Origin: Naegleria gruberi
Lineage: Eukaryota
DNA: 64,000 nucleotides
Assembly (NCBI GenBank): GCA_000004985.1
Contig: GG738845.1
Strand: one strand, 5' to 3'
Positions within the stretch are counted from its first letter, which is position 1; every line of letters starts with the position of its first letter. The notes under the pieces are model-generated. The model was not told where the DNA came from. It saw nothing but the letters and a program-made list of their open reading frames with translations, and did not search any database. This document shows positions 1-11,331 of this stretch, in pieces. Both the position numbers and the translations under genes were made by a program.

Positions 1-274
1 CCAACCCAAACCCAAACCCAAACCCAAACCCAAACCCAAACCCAACCCAAACCCAAACCCAAACCCAAACCCAAAACCCAAACCCAAACCCAAACCCAAA
101 CCCAAACCCAAACCCAAACCCAAACCCAAACCCAAACCCAACCCAAACCCAAACCCAAACCCAAACCCAAACCCAAACCCAAACCCAAACCCAAACCCAA
201 ACCCAAACCCAAACCCAAACCCAAACCCAAACCCAAACCCAAACCCAAACCCAACCCAACCCAACCCAACCCGT
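1..274. repeat. Terminal telomeric array (CCCAAA)n with occasional CCCAA units; C-rich strand on + strand means left chromosome end (G-strand repeat TTTGGG)
   Basis: About 45 tandem hexamers starting at base 1 and ending abruptly at 274; the same unit recurs at 4096-4360. Confidence 0.9.
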
Positions 275-545
275 AACTTTACCATATACCTTTAATCACT
301 CTATTATACATCTGGTATCAATTTCATACAGTTAGAATTGAATTCAGTATGATAATAATAACAATCTTTCAAAATGACATATTTCAATAAAAAGATTACA
401 CTCCATCTCAGTCAGTTTACAAAATATCATACTAGTATCAAATATGAATAGACTCCTCTTGATGAGGAGTACAATCTGAGAAAGTTTCAAATTCATGGCT
501 CAGTATCTTCAAGTCAACTAAGTAACCTTAGAATAGACAAGTCAA
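275..545. repeat. Partial copy of subtelomeric module Y (5' 270 bp), directly abutting the telomere
   Basis: cgtaactttaccatatacc...ggctcagtatcttcaagtcaactaag aligns with the starts of the Y copies at 1538 and 7806 and with 9546-9790. Confidence 0.7.
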
Positions 546-936
546 TTAAGTACATCAATTCAACAATTGAAAATTGAAATATAGTATATTTATTACAAAT
601 TAATAGGACTCTTCTAAATAACTATATCGTTTAAATTAATATTTGTAAAGTTGTCAACACATCATGTCACAGATCATACTCTTTCTCAATGAATAGTTGA
701 CTAAATCAATTTAAAATGACATATAGTTGTTTATACATAGTATTGTATATGTGGTATCAATATCTTTTAAAATTGTCAAGTATTAAGGAAGATCTAAAAA
801 AATAAGGTGGTAAAATTGAATAAGTTAGTAAAATGACCTTGAATCGATCACTCGTCCCTTAATTGACATTCCAACATACAACCACTGAACCAACAGTGTT
901 ATAGCATTATTATCTAGAAATAATTCATACGAATAA

Positions 937-986
937 NNNNNNNNNNNNNNNNNNNNNNNNNNNNNNNNNNNNNNNNNNNNNNNNNN
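937..986. other. Assembly gap (N run, 50 nt)
   Basis: Run of n. Confidence 0.95.
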
Positions 987-1537
987 CTCTTCTTGACCTA
1001 ATTTGGTCAATTAAGACAATTAAGGATGACACTATAGGAAAAGTTACCAATCTCAAAATAAATGATAATATCGAGTTCCACATCTCAAATAAGGTGGACT
1101 TTCATCAAATTATATAATTTCATTTCAAGAAATACATCCGTTAGATAGTACATGGTGATATTTCAAGGGAATGGCTGGAAATCTGAAAGATATAGAAACA
1201 ACTCCATTTTCACTGAAATTGATACCATGATATGTAGACACTCTAATTAGCATATAATATCAATTTCATGAGTATTGGCTCAGTAGATATTGAGTTGTCA
1301 ACTCTATCATTTTACTATAGAACTTTGACATAAAATCAAAGATTATGCTCCAACTCACTTATTTTATATGCAATTAGTCTAGAACTGATAACACACATTC
1401 TGTACACCATGTATATACATCTATACAAGTTTAAAAACAATTCATGATACTTTAATTCAGTCAATCAGTAAATGTTCAATGTCAATAGTGATTATATCCA
1501 AGTGTACACTCTATCTCAGCGAAAGTACATTCAACCA
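987..1537. repeat. Subtelomeric module X (about 550 bp), copy 1
   Basis: Near-identical to 9020-9545; 5' part matches 5440-5610; 3' part matches 7425-7805 and 2400-2649. Confidence 0.8.
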
Positions 1538-2259
1538 TCATGTAACTTTACCAGATACATTTAGTCACACTATTATACAACTGGAATCAATTTTAATGTT
1601 TTAGAATTGAATTCAATATGATAATAATAACAATCTGTCAAATTGTCATATTTCAACATATAGAATATACTCCATCTCATTTATTTTTCAAAATATCATA
1701 CAAGTATCAAATATGAATACACTCTCCTAGATGAGGAGAACAATCTGAGAAAGTTTCACATTCATGGCTCAGTATCTTAAATTCCACTAACTTACCTTAG
1801 AAGAAGTTTACGTTCCATATCAGTCATTTCATAGAGTTATTGATCAATTCCAACACCAGTATGTTATTCATCCGTTCTAGTACAATTTATGTTTCAAGAG
1901 TGATTTCTGTGATAAAGTTGATGGAAGTGAGTGCCAAATGGCACTTTCACTTCCAATATAGTAGTAAGCTTTGTTAATCCTTTCGATTCTGAGCCATTTT
2001 CACATCAACTTGAATCTATTTTTAACTTTTCCGCGCGTTTGGCGGTTTGATCAAGCGGCAAAAATAATTTTGATCAAGTGATTTTATTACCACTAGCCAC
2101 CATCATAACTTGATATATATAAATATTTAACAATTTCACATCAGCCGAATATTGTGCCCCATTACAATCACCATCTTTTGACATCATTTGTGATATATAT
2201 TGTTAATGTATTTAAGGAGAAAAGCTTAATAAATAGGGGTTGACATGGGATCCAACCCC
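1538..2259. repeat. Subtelomeric module Y (about 722 bp), copy 1; contains a near-perfect palindrome (1920-1952) and a GC clamp with two TTGATCAAG repeats (2030-2085)
   Basis: About 95% identical to 7806-8526, from catgtaactttaccagatac to ggggttgacatgggatcc. Confidence 0.85.
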
Positions 2260-2399
2260 TTGAGTGAGGAATTGCTGATTATCTCAATAATTAGATAAGA
2301 AACTATACACAATCTATAGCCCACTGGATAGCTGAGATTGTAACCTATTTAATGATGTATATCATTGATTATGTATTTCAGTAATAATAAAGATCCAAT

Positions 2400-2649
2400 G
2401 AGTACGAAACCTAGATATTTGACATGATATCATAGATTATACTCCAACTCACTCATTTTACATATAATAAGTCTAGAATTGATACCACATAGTCTATATA
2501 TCAATTAAATACATCTACAATAGTTTAGAAACATTTCAAACTATTTTCATAAAATTAATCAGTAAATGTTCAATGTCAACACTTAATATATCTTAGTGAA
2601 CACTCCATCTCAATGAAAGTACATCCAATCATCCTATAACTTTACCAGA
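2400..2649. repeat. 3' half of module X, truncated by a gap
   Basis: Matches 9330-9545 and 1330-1537 (…gtcaatagtg/acacttaatat…catcctataactttaccaga). Confidence 0.7.
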
Positions 2650-2699
2650 NNNNNNNNNNNNNNNNNNNNNNNNNNNNNNNNNNNNNNNNNNNNNNNNNN
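2650..2699. other. Assembly gap
   Basis: N run. Confidence 0.95.
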
Positions 2700-4045
2700 T
2701 TCCTTATAATTGTGAAGTAAGAAAAGTTCAGTAAGAATGTAAAAATTTTAATTTGTTGTATAGTATAATACAGTCTTGTCAAAAGGTTGGATACGTCACT
2801 CTTTCGAAAAGAAGCAACGGGTTTGAGCCACTCCACGTTCATTTGAAACAGTTTCAAACAGTTTTTACATCGGGTTGGATAACAACCATTGTTTTAAAGA
2901 TTACAGTTGTGAAAAAATGGCAAATCTCAATCATTTTTGAGAATTTAAGTATACTGTAAAAGACTGTCACCATTTCCATCGAGTTTTGAACATTTTCCAA
3001 TCACTTGTAAAAAATTCTTAATAATTGTGAAATACTCAAAGTTCACTAAGATAGAAATATTTCATAAACTTATAGTTCCTTATTGTAAGGAATTGTCAAA
3101 AGGTCTGAAATCCACTTTCATGAATATAATCAACGGGTTTGAGCCAATCCACGTTCATTTGAAACAATTTCAAGTGGTTTTTACATCGGGTTGGATGACA
3201 ACCACTGTTTTAAAGATTACAGTTGTGAAAAAATGGAAAATCTCAATCATTTTTGAGATTTTGAGTACACTCCAATGGAATGTTACTATCTACATACAGT
3301 TTAGAACATTTTCCATCTACTTGAAAAAATTCCTTAATAATTTTGAAATATTCAAAGTTCAGTAAGATTGCAAACAATTTACTTTGTTGAATAGTATATT
3401 CCAGCCTCATCACATTGCTCGATCAGGAACTTTTTTGAAAAGAAGCAACGGGTTTGAGCCACTTCACGTTCATTTGAAACAATTTCAATTTGTTCCACAA
3501 GCGGGTTGGATGACAATCACTGTTTTAAAGATTACAGTTGTGAAAAATCGATCAATCTCAATCATTTCTTAGAATTTAAGTATACTCCAATGGAAAAATC
3601 GATCAATCTCAATCATTTCTTAGAATTTAAGTATACTCCAATGGAATGTTACCATATACATACAGTTTTGAACATTTTCCAACCACTTGTAAAACTTCCT
3701 TAATAATTGTGAAGTAAGAAAAGTTCAGTAAGAATATAAAAATTTTAATTTGTTGTATAGTATAATACAGTCTCATTCAAAAGGTTGGATAAGTCTCTTT
3801 TTTGAAAAGAAGCAACGGGTTTGAGCAACTCCAAGCTCATTTGAAACATTTAATAGTAGTTGGTACATCGGGTTGGATAACAACCACTGTTTTAAAGATT
3901 ACAGTTGTGAAAAATCGACCAATCTCAATCATTTTTGAGAATTTAAGTGTACTGTAAAGGACTGGTACCATTTCTATCGATTTTGGAACATTTTCCATCT
4001 ACTTGAAAAAATTCCTTACTATGTGAAATATTCAAAGTTCAGTAA
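2700..4045. repeat. Tandem satellite, about 330-bp unit x4, telomere-associated; conserved core aagaagcaacgggtttgagccactccacgttcatttgaaaca…catcgggttggat(a/g)acaacca(c/t)tgttttaaagattacagttgtgaaaaa
   Basis: Four head-to-tail units starting near 2700, 3020, 3350 and 3700; the ORF track shows the same peptide (RSNGFEPLHVHLKQFQ…VLKITVVKK) repeated in 4 ORFs, which is a repeat artefact. Confidence 0.85.
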
Positions 4046-4095
4046 NNNNNNNNNNNNNNNNNNNNNNNNNNNNNNNNNNNNNNNNNNNNNNNNNN
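4046..4095. other. Assembly gap
   Basis: N run. Confidence 0.95.
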
Positions 4096-4360
4096 CAAAC
4101 CCAAACCCAAACCCAAACCCAAACCCAAACCCAAACCCAAACCCAAACCCAAACCCAAACCCAAACCCAAACCCAAACCCAAACCCAAACCCAAACCCAA
4201 ACCCAAACCCAAACCCAAACCCAAACCCAAACCCAAACCCAAACCCAAACCCAAACCCAAACCCAAACCCAACCAAAACCCAAACCCAAACCCAAACCCA
4301 AACCCAAACCCAAACCCAAACCCAAACCCAAACCCAAACCCAAACCCAAACCCAAACCCA
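4096..4360. repeat. Interstitial (internal) telomeric tract (CCCAAA)n, same orientation as the terminal array; degenerate telomere-like remnants continue to about 4400
   Basis: About 44 hexamers with one cccaaccaaaaccc variant; followed by aaacccaacgtttaaaccctagcccaaaa. Confidence 0.9.
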
Positions 4361-4689
4361 ATTCTAAAAATAGAATTCTTCTAAACCCAACGTTTAAACC
4401 CTAGCCCAAAATTATAAACTTCTTCATATATCATTAAATTTTATATCATTCGATAGGAAATTATGAGTAGAACAACGTAGTATATTTAGTTTTACAATTT
4501 ATAAAATATTAACTTTGTAAATAATGTCAGATTAAAATTTGTAAAAAGAAACTATAGGAAGAATGTTAATTTCAAAATCCTTTAATGAGATTATATAGTA
4601 TATATCATCATTAACAACATTCATAATCACTTTGATATAAAATTTCAAAGGTTCAAGTCTGTAGGTATAAAAGTATCGAATGAAAAGGG

Positions 4690-5340
4690 AAGATGTAAGG
4701 TAAAAGAGGTCAACTATAACTTTTGAGTTTCTCATCAAAACATATTGAAACCTGACATGAAAATGTCCCATTTGATGATTAAACATCGAACATCAAATTT
4801 ATTTTAACTTTCATATTTAAAGATTTCTTCCCTCAACCATCACGGTCAACTATGATGAAAAGGATGAACTCTTGAAAAAGGACCACCTATTGAAACTTTA
4901 CCAAAATGATGTACATGATCTATAATGATGTAGAATTCAATTTCATATCATAAAAATCAGAAATGGTATCATGGGAAGGTAAATGTTGATATTTTATGGT
5001 TGACTTTAGAGAAAGACAAGTCAGATCAACTCTATCAAATACATCACTTCAATCAACAAAATATATATGAAAATGCTCCATTCGATGAGTAGAGATAGAA
5101 AATAAAGTTTATTTTCACTTTCATGTTCATGATTTCAACTCTAACATACCAACTTGTCAACTGTGAACATGGATGAAAATCTGGAAAATGACCACTCTAT
5201 GCAACTTCACCACCATGTTCAACATCTCAAATAATGTATATGATTCAGTTTTTAGACGTTTTAGTGAACATTCCATCATTCACTAAGGTAAAGGGTGAAA
5301 TATCAGGGTTGACTTGGTAAGTTAAGGAGGAACTCTTCAA
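4690..5340. repeat. Diverged tandem duplication (module W, two units of about 320 bp, about 75% identical); second copy of the 3' portion at 8527-9000
   Basis: ccacctattgaaactttaccaaaatgatgtacatgatctataatgat… at 4870 and 8527; unit 1 and unit 2 share …gaaaatg(t/c)(c/t)ccatt(t/c)gatga…. Confidence 0.7.
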
Positions 5341-5439
5341 ATAGAGAACTTCATCCTCAATCTACAAAATACATATCAATCGGTTGGAAATCAATAGTAC
5401 ATCTCGTAAATATCATTTATTTTATGTTTTGAAATCTCT

Positions 5440-5610
5440 CCATGACCTCTTTAGGTCAATTAAGACAATTAAGGATGATACAATAGGAAAAATTACTAAT
5501 CTCAAAATAAATGATAATATCGTGTTCTACATCTCAAATAAAGTGAACTTTCATCAAATTATATATTTTCATTTCAAGAAATGCATCCAGTGGATAGTAC
5601 ATGGTGATTG
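5440..5610. repeat. 5' part of module X, truncated by a gap
   Basis: Matches 987-1150 and 9020-9180. Confidence 0.75.
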
Positions 5611-5660
5611 NNNNNNNNNNNNNNNNNNNNNNNNNNNNNNNNNNNNNNNNNNNNNNNNNN
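5611..5660. other. Assembly gap
   Basis: N run. Confidence 0.95.
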
Positions 5661-6975
5661 ATATGAATACACTCCTCTTGATAAGGAGAACAATCTGATA
5701 AAGTTTCACATTGATGGCTCAGTATCTTCAAGTCAACTAAGGAACATATAAGGAAATTAATTAGGAAGAATCTTAATTTCAAAATTAAATTTTACCATCA
5801 TATCAAAATCATTGAATAATGAATTATTGATACAAGAATCATATGTTCAATTGTTATATTCATGTCAATAATCAGTGAAGGTACCATTTCATCAACCTTA
5901 GTGTTCACATCTCAATACAGTAAATGTGACTTAAACTTGAAATACAACCTATTTAGATGATATAATGATGATTCTACATAGTAACATGCATGTGAAATTG
6001 AATGTTGACACTTTTCATATTGTTATATTTATAGAGATGGTATCCAACAGTCAGTTCACAATATTAAATATTGAAACTCATTCTGTATGGTATATTTGGT
6101 GTATAGAGTGGTTTTTTATTGATTATAATCAGTTTGAAATAATTTGATGAAATTGACACTGTCTAGTCACCATTACATAACAAATAGACCATAGTTTACA
6201 TTCCCTCTAAGTCATTTCAACGATTTATTGATTAATTCCAACACCAGTATGTTTTTCATACATTGTAGTACAGTTTATATTTCAAGAGTGATTTCTGTGA
6301 AGATTATTATAATCGTAATAGCATGCAATACCAATAAAACTCAATAGAAGAGTTAATTCTTCTCATTTTCAAATAGATTATTCAATATAGAACACATCTA
6401 GATAGTTTCCAGATCATAAAAGTCAAGCTACTATATATGGTCTTTGATTAAATTTAAAAATAGACTGCCGTTAATTACTGGAATATTAATTCAAAGCTTG
6501 TTGATCAAGCTGTTGATTGAAATCAAACCGATTATTGAATATTGATCATTGAATTGGAGAATAATCACTCTTGATAATGTTAGTTATTCATATTGCATGC
6601 AAATCAACCTGATTCAATCTACAAAGGTTGGTAGTTGCACCACTTCGTGGCGAAACTACCCATCCACGATCAATCAACAGTTGATTCACTTTCATTCAAC
6701 TCAATTTGACCGTTATAATCAATAAATCAATGAAATGTTTCTTTATTAGCAATACCTGTTCAATCCAATGCGTGGCTTCACGTCCCAAACATTTGACTTC
6801 TCAAAGTCCATAATTCAAAAGTTAGTACTGACCTGACCTTTAAATATCTGTCAATACAAGAAATGAAAACATCAAAATTACATCATTAATAGATTATAAG
6901 AAATATAATCAATGATATAAATCTTCACTAAGTAATCTCTTAATTAACCCAAATAAATCAACTCTGAATCCCCTT
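5661..6975. repeat. Subtelomeric module Z (about 1.3 kb), copy 1; contains hairpin GGTAGTT-GCACCAC-TTC-GTGGCG-AAACTACC (6632-6662) and a T-element at its 3' end (6775-6975)
   Basis: Collinear, about 90% identical to 9700-11035. Confidence 0.85.
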
Positions 6976-7267
6976 ATTTCCTTATTCTCAAGTAGTTTCA
7001 TCTCTAGAAGAATCATGGCTCTCCACAGTGGTGGACTTTCCTCCGTAAACATCTCTTGTTCTCCTGATAACTTTTTTGATAACTATTACCAACACGTCTA
7101 TTTGCCAAATTTTCAGTTCATGACCAAACATTGATAGAAATGGAATACGAACAATTTGTAAAAAATAAATAAATCTAAATACTCACAGGTTGTAGACCTA
7201 GCCAATCGTCTCCAAAAATTATTTGATGAATTTGATGATGGTGATGGTGACAAAAGTTTACAAAAAA

Positions 7268-7374
7268 ATGACATCACAACCTATCACCGCACCTCTTGAT
7301 CAACTTCCCGATGAGTTGTTACTTTATATTGTTACCTTCTCCACCACAATCCTATTGACATCATTAAATTCTCC
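7268..7374 (+). pseudogene. N-terminal fragment of an F-box protein (MTSQPITAPLDQLPDELLLYIVTFSTTILL…), truncated by a scaffold gap; embedded in subtelomeric repeats
   Basis: aaaaaaATG context; LPDELLLYIV matches the F-box consensus LPxEIL..I; local GC higher than surrounding repeats. Confidence 0.4.
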
Positions 7375-7424
7375 NNNNNNNNNNNNNNNNNNNNNNNNNN
7401 NNNNNNNNNNNNNNNNNNNNNNNN
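7375..7424. other. Assembly gap
   Basis: N run. Confidence 0.95.
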
Positions 7425-7805
7425 ATTGTCAAGGAGAATGGATGGAAATCTGAAGGGACCAGAAACAACTCCATTTTCACTGAAATTAATACCATGATAT
7501 GTAGACACTCTAATTAGCATATGATATCAATTTCATTAATATTGGTTCAGTAGATATTGAGTTGTCAACTCTATCATTTTACTATAGACCTTTGACATAA
7601 AATCAAAGATTATGCTCCAACTCGCTCATTTTATATGAAGTTAGTCTAGAATTGATAACACATATTATATACATCATTTATATACATCTACATACGTTTT
7701 GAAACAATTCATGAAACTTACATTCAGTCAATCAGTAAATGTTCAATGTCAAGAGTGATTATATTCAAGTGTACGCTCTATCTCAGCGAAAGTACATCCA
7801 ACCAT
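7425..7805. repeat. Module X (3' 380 bp), copy
   Basis: Matches 1158-1537. Confidence 0.8.
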
Positions 7806-8526
7806 CATGTAACTTTACTAGATACATTTAATCACACTGATATACATCTGGAATCAATTTTAATGTTTTAGAATTGAATTCAGTATGATAATAATAACAA
7901 TCTGTCAAATTGTCACATTTCAACATATAGAATATACTCCATCTCATTCATTTTACAAAATATAATACAAGTATCAAATATGAATACACTCCTCTTGATA
8001 AGGAGAACAATCTGATAAAGTTTCACATTGATGGCTCAGTATCTTACAGTCAACCAATATACCTTAGAATATAGTTTACATTCCATCTCAGTCATTTCAA
8101 AGAGTTATTGATCAATTCCAACACCAATATGTTACTCACACATTATAGTACAATTCATGTTTCAAGAGTGATTTCTATGATAAAGTTGATGGAAGTGAGT
8201 GCCAAATGGCACTTTCACTTCCAATATAGTAGTAAGCTTTGTTAATCCTTTCGATTCTGAGCCATTTTCACATCAACTTGAATCTATTTTTAACTTTTCC
8301 GCGCGTTTTTCGGTTTGATCAACCGGCAAAAATAATTTTGATCAAGTGATTTTATTACCACTAGCCACCATCATAACTTGATATATATAAATATTTAACA
8401 ATTTCACATCAGCCGTATATTGTGCCCCATTACCATCACCATCTTTTGACATCATTTGTGATATATATTGTTAATGTATTTAAGGAGAAAAGCTTAATAA
8501 ATAGGGGTTGACATGGGATCCAAACC
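7806..8526. repeat. Module Y, copy 2 (palindrome at 8187-8219)
   Basis: About 95% identity to 1538-2259. Confidence 0.85.
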
Positions 8527-9000
8527 CACCTATTAAAACTTTACCAAAATGATGTACATGATCTATAATGATATAGAATTCAATTTCATGTCCTAAAAAT
8601 CAGAAATGGTATCATGAGAAGGTAAATGTTGATATTTTATGGTTGACTTAAAGGAAAGACAAGTCAGACCAACTCTATCAAATACATCACTTCAACCAAC
8701 AATATATACATGAAAATGCTTCACTCTACGAGTAGAGATAGAAAATCAAGTTTATTTTCACTTTCATGTTCATGATTTCAACTCTATCATACCAACTAGT
8801 CAACTGTGTACATGGATGAAAATCTGGAAAATGACCACTCTATGAAACATTACCATCATGTTCAACATCTCAAATACTGTATATGGTTCAAATTTCAGAC
8901 ATTTTGGTGAATATTCTATCTTTCAGTAAGGTAAAGGGTGAAATATCAAGGTTGACTTGGAAGCAGTAGGAAATCTTGAATATAGAGAACCAAATCCTCA
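8527..9000. repeat. Module W copy (matches 4870-5340)
   Basis: Alignment by eye, about 90% identity. Confidence 0.7.
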
Positions 9001-9019
9001 ATCAACAAAATACACAATT

Positions 9020-9545
9020 AAGATAATAAGGATGATACCATAGGAAAAATTACCAATCTCAAAATAAATGATAATATCGTGTTCCACATCTCAAATAAAG
9101 TGGACTTTCATCAAATTATATATTTTCATTTCAAGAAATGCATTCAGTAGATAGTACATGGGGATATTTCAAGAGAATGGATGAAATCTGAAAGGTACAG
9201 AAACAACTCCATTTTCACTGAAATTGATATCATGATATGTAGACACTTTAATTAGCATATGGTATCAATTTCATAAATATTGGTTCAGTAGATGTCGAGA
9301 TGTCAACTCTATCACTATACTATAGAACTTTGACATGATATCATAGATTATGCTCCAACTCGCTCATTATACGTACAATTAATCTAGAGTTGATACCAGA
9401 TAGAGTATACATCAATTAAGTACACTGTATACAGTTTGGAAACAATTCGTATTACTTTCAAAGAGTGAGTCAGTTAATGTTCAATGTCAATAGTGAATAT
9501 ATCCAAGTGTACACTCTATCTCAGTGAAAGTATATCCAACCATCA
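9020..9545. repeat. Module X, full copy 2
   Basis: Matches 987-1537. Confidence 0.8.
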
Positions 9546-11035
9546 TGTAACTTTACCAGATATGTTTAATCACACTATTGTATATATGGTATCAATTTTA
9601 GTCTGTTGGAATTGAATTCAGTATGATAATAATAACAATCTGTCAAATTGTCACATTTCAACATATAGAATATATACCATCTCAGTCAGTTTACAAAATA
9701 TAATACAAGTATCAAATATGAATACACTTCCCTTCATGAGGAGAACAATCTGAGAAAGTTTCATATTCATGGCTCAATACCTTCAAGTCAACTAAGGAAC
9801 ATCTAAGGTAATCAATGGGGAAGTATCTTAATTTCAAAATTAAATTTTACCATCATATCATAATCATTGAACAATGAATTATTTATGCAACAATAATATA
9901 TTCAATTGTCATATTCATGTCAGTAATCAGTGAAGGTGACACTTCTTCAACCTTAGTATACACATCTCAATATGTAGACTGTCAATTCCACTGAAACTTG
10001 AAATATTACCTATCTAGATGATATAATGATGACTCTCCATTGTAACATGCATGTGAAATTGAATGTTGACACTTTTCATCTTGTTATATTTATAGAGTTG
10101 GTATCCAACAGAGTCAGTTCACAATATTAAATATTGAAACTTATTCTATATGACATGTTTGATGTATGGAACGGGTTTTTATTGATTGTAATCAGTTTGA
10201 AATAATTTGATGAAATTGACACTGTCTAGTCACCATTACATGACAAATAGACCATAGTTTACATTCCATCTCAGTCATTTTAACGAGTTATTGATTAATT
10301 CCACCATTATGTTTCTCATACATTGTAGTACAGTTTATATTTCAAGAGTGATTTCTGTGTAGATTATTATAATCGTAATAGCATGCAATACCAATAAAAC
10401 TCAATAGAAGAGTTAATTCATCTCATTTTCAAATAGATTATTCAATATAGAACACATCTAGATAGTTTCCATATCATAAAAGTCAAGCTACTATATATGG
10501 TCTTTGATTAAATTTAAAAATAGACTGCCATTGATTACTGGAATATTCAAAGCTTGATGAGCAAGCTATTGATTGAAATCAAACCGATTATTGAATATTG
10601 ATCATTGAATTGGTGAATAATCACTCTTGATAATGCTATATTTCAGATTGCATGCAAATCAACCTGATTCAATCTACAAAGGATGGTAGTTGCACCACTT
10701 CGTGGCGAAACTACCTGAATCAACATCAGATTCACTTCCATTCAACTCAATTTGACCGTTATAATCAATAAATCAATGAAATGTTCCTTTATTAGCAATA
10801 CCTATTCAATCTTACGAGTAGATTCACGTCCCAAACATTTGACTTCTCAAAGTCCATATTTCAAAAGTTGATACTGACCTGACCTTTATATATCTATCAA
10901 TATAAGAAATGAAAACATCAAATTTACATCATTAATAGATCGTAAGAAATATAATCAATGATATGAATCTTCACTAAGTAATCTCTTAAATAACCCAAAT
11001 AAATCAACTCTGAATCCTAACCAAACCCAACCCTT
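9546..11035. repeat. Module Y 5' part (9546-9790) fused to module Z copy 2 (9790-11035), ending in a T-element
   Basis: Collinear with 275-545 plus 5661-6975; hairpin copy at 10683-10713. Confidence 0.8.
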
Positions 11036-11263
11036 CAATCTAATGAGTAGATTCACGTCCCAAACATTTGACTTCTTAAAGTCCATAATTCAAAAGTTGA
11101 TACTGACCTGACCTTTATATATCTATCAATACAAGAAATGAAAACATCAAATTTACATCATTGATAGATTATAAGAAATATAATCAATGATATAAATCTT
11201 CACTAAGTAATCTCTTAAATAACCCAAATAAATCAACTCTGAATCCTAACAAAACCTTAAATA
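10808..11263. repeat. Telomere-proximal T-element (about 230 bp) in tandem duplicate (10808-11033, 11034-11263); unit ends in degenerate telomeric …ctgaatcctaaccaaacccaaccc
   Basis: gattcacgtcccaaacatttgacttct…aaataaatcaactctgaatcc repeated twice; also at 6775-6975 and 17385-17495. Confidence 0.8.
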
Positions 11264-11331
11264 ACCAAAAAAAATCAACTCGGAGTCATAATCTTTGAAT
11301 TAAAATTTGAAGAGCAGTATAACAATTTTAT

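Noticed and set aside
1-274. Identification as Paramecium, from the CCCAAA telomere and subtelomeric Cys-rich surface protein
   Set aside because: Paramecium reads TAA/TAG as Gln and has 20-30-nt introns; here TAA/TAG are genuine stops and introns are 40-50 nt
2753-3703. Four ORFs with near-identical peptides (…RSNGFEPLHVHLKQFQ…VLKITVVKK…)
   Set aside because: Generated by the 330-bp tandem satellite; frames are short, broken differently in each unit, and the region has no splice or promoter context
4019-4367. Four ORFs (85-114 aa) translating as GFGF…, NPNP…, GLGL…/WVWV… repeats
   Set aside because: Six-frame translation of the (CCCAAA)n telomeric tract, not genes
8225-8260. Possible tRNA B-box (cctttcgattctgagcc) in module Y
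   Set aside because: No matching A-box or acceptor stem, and no cloverleaf could be folded by eye
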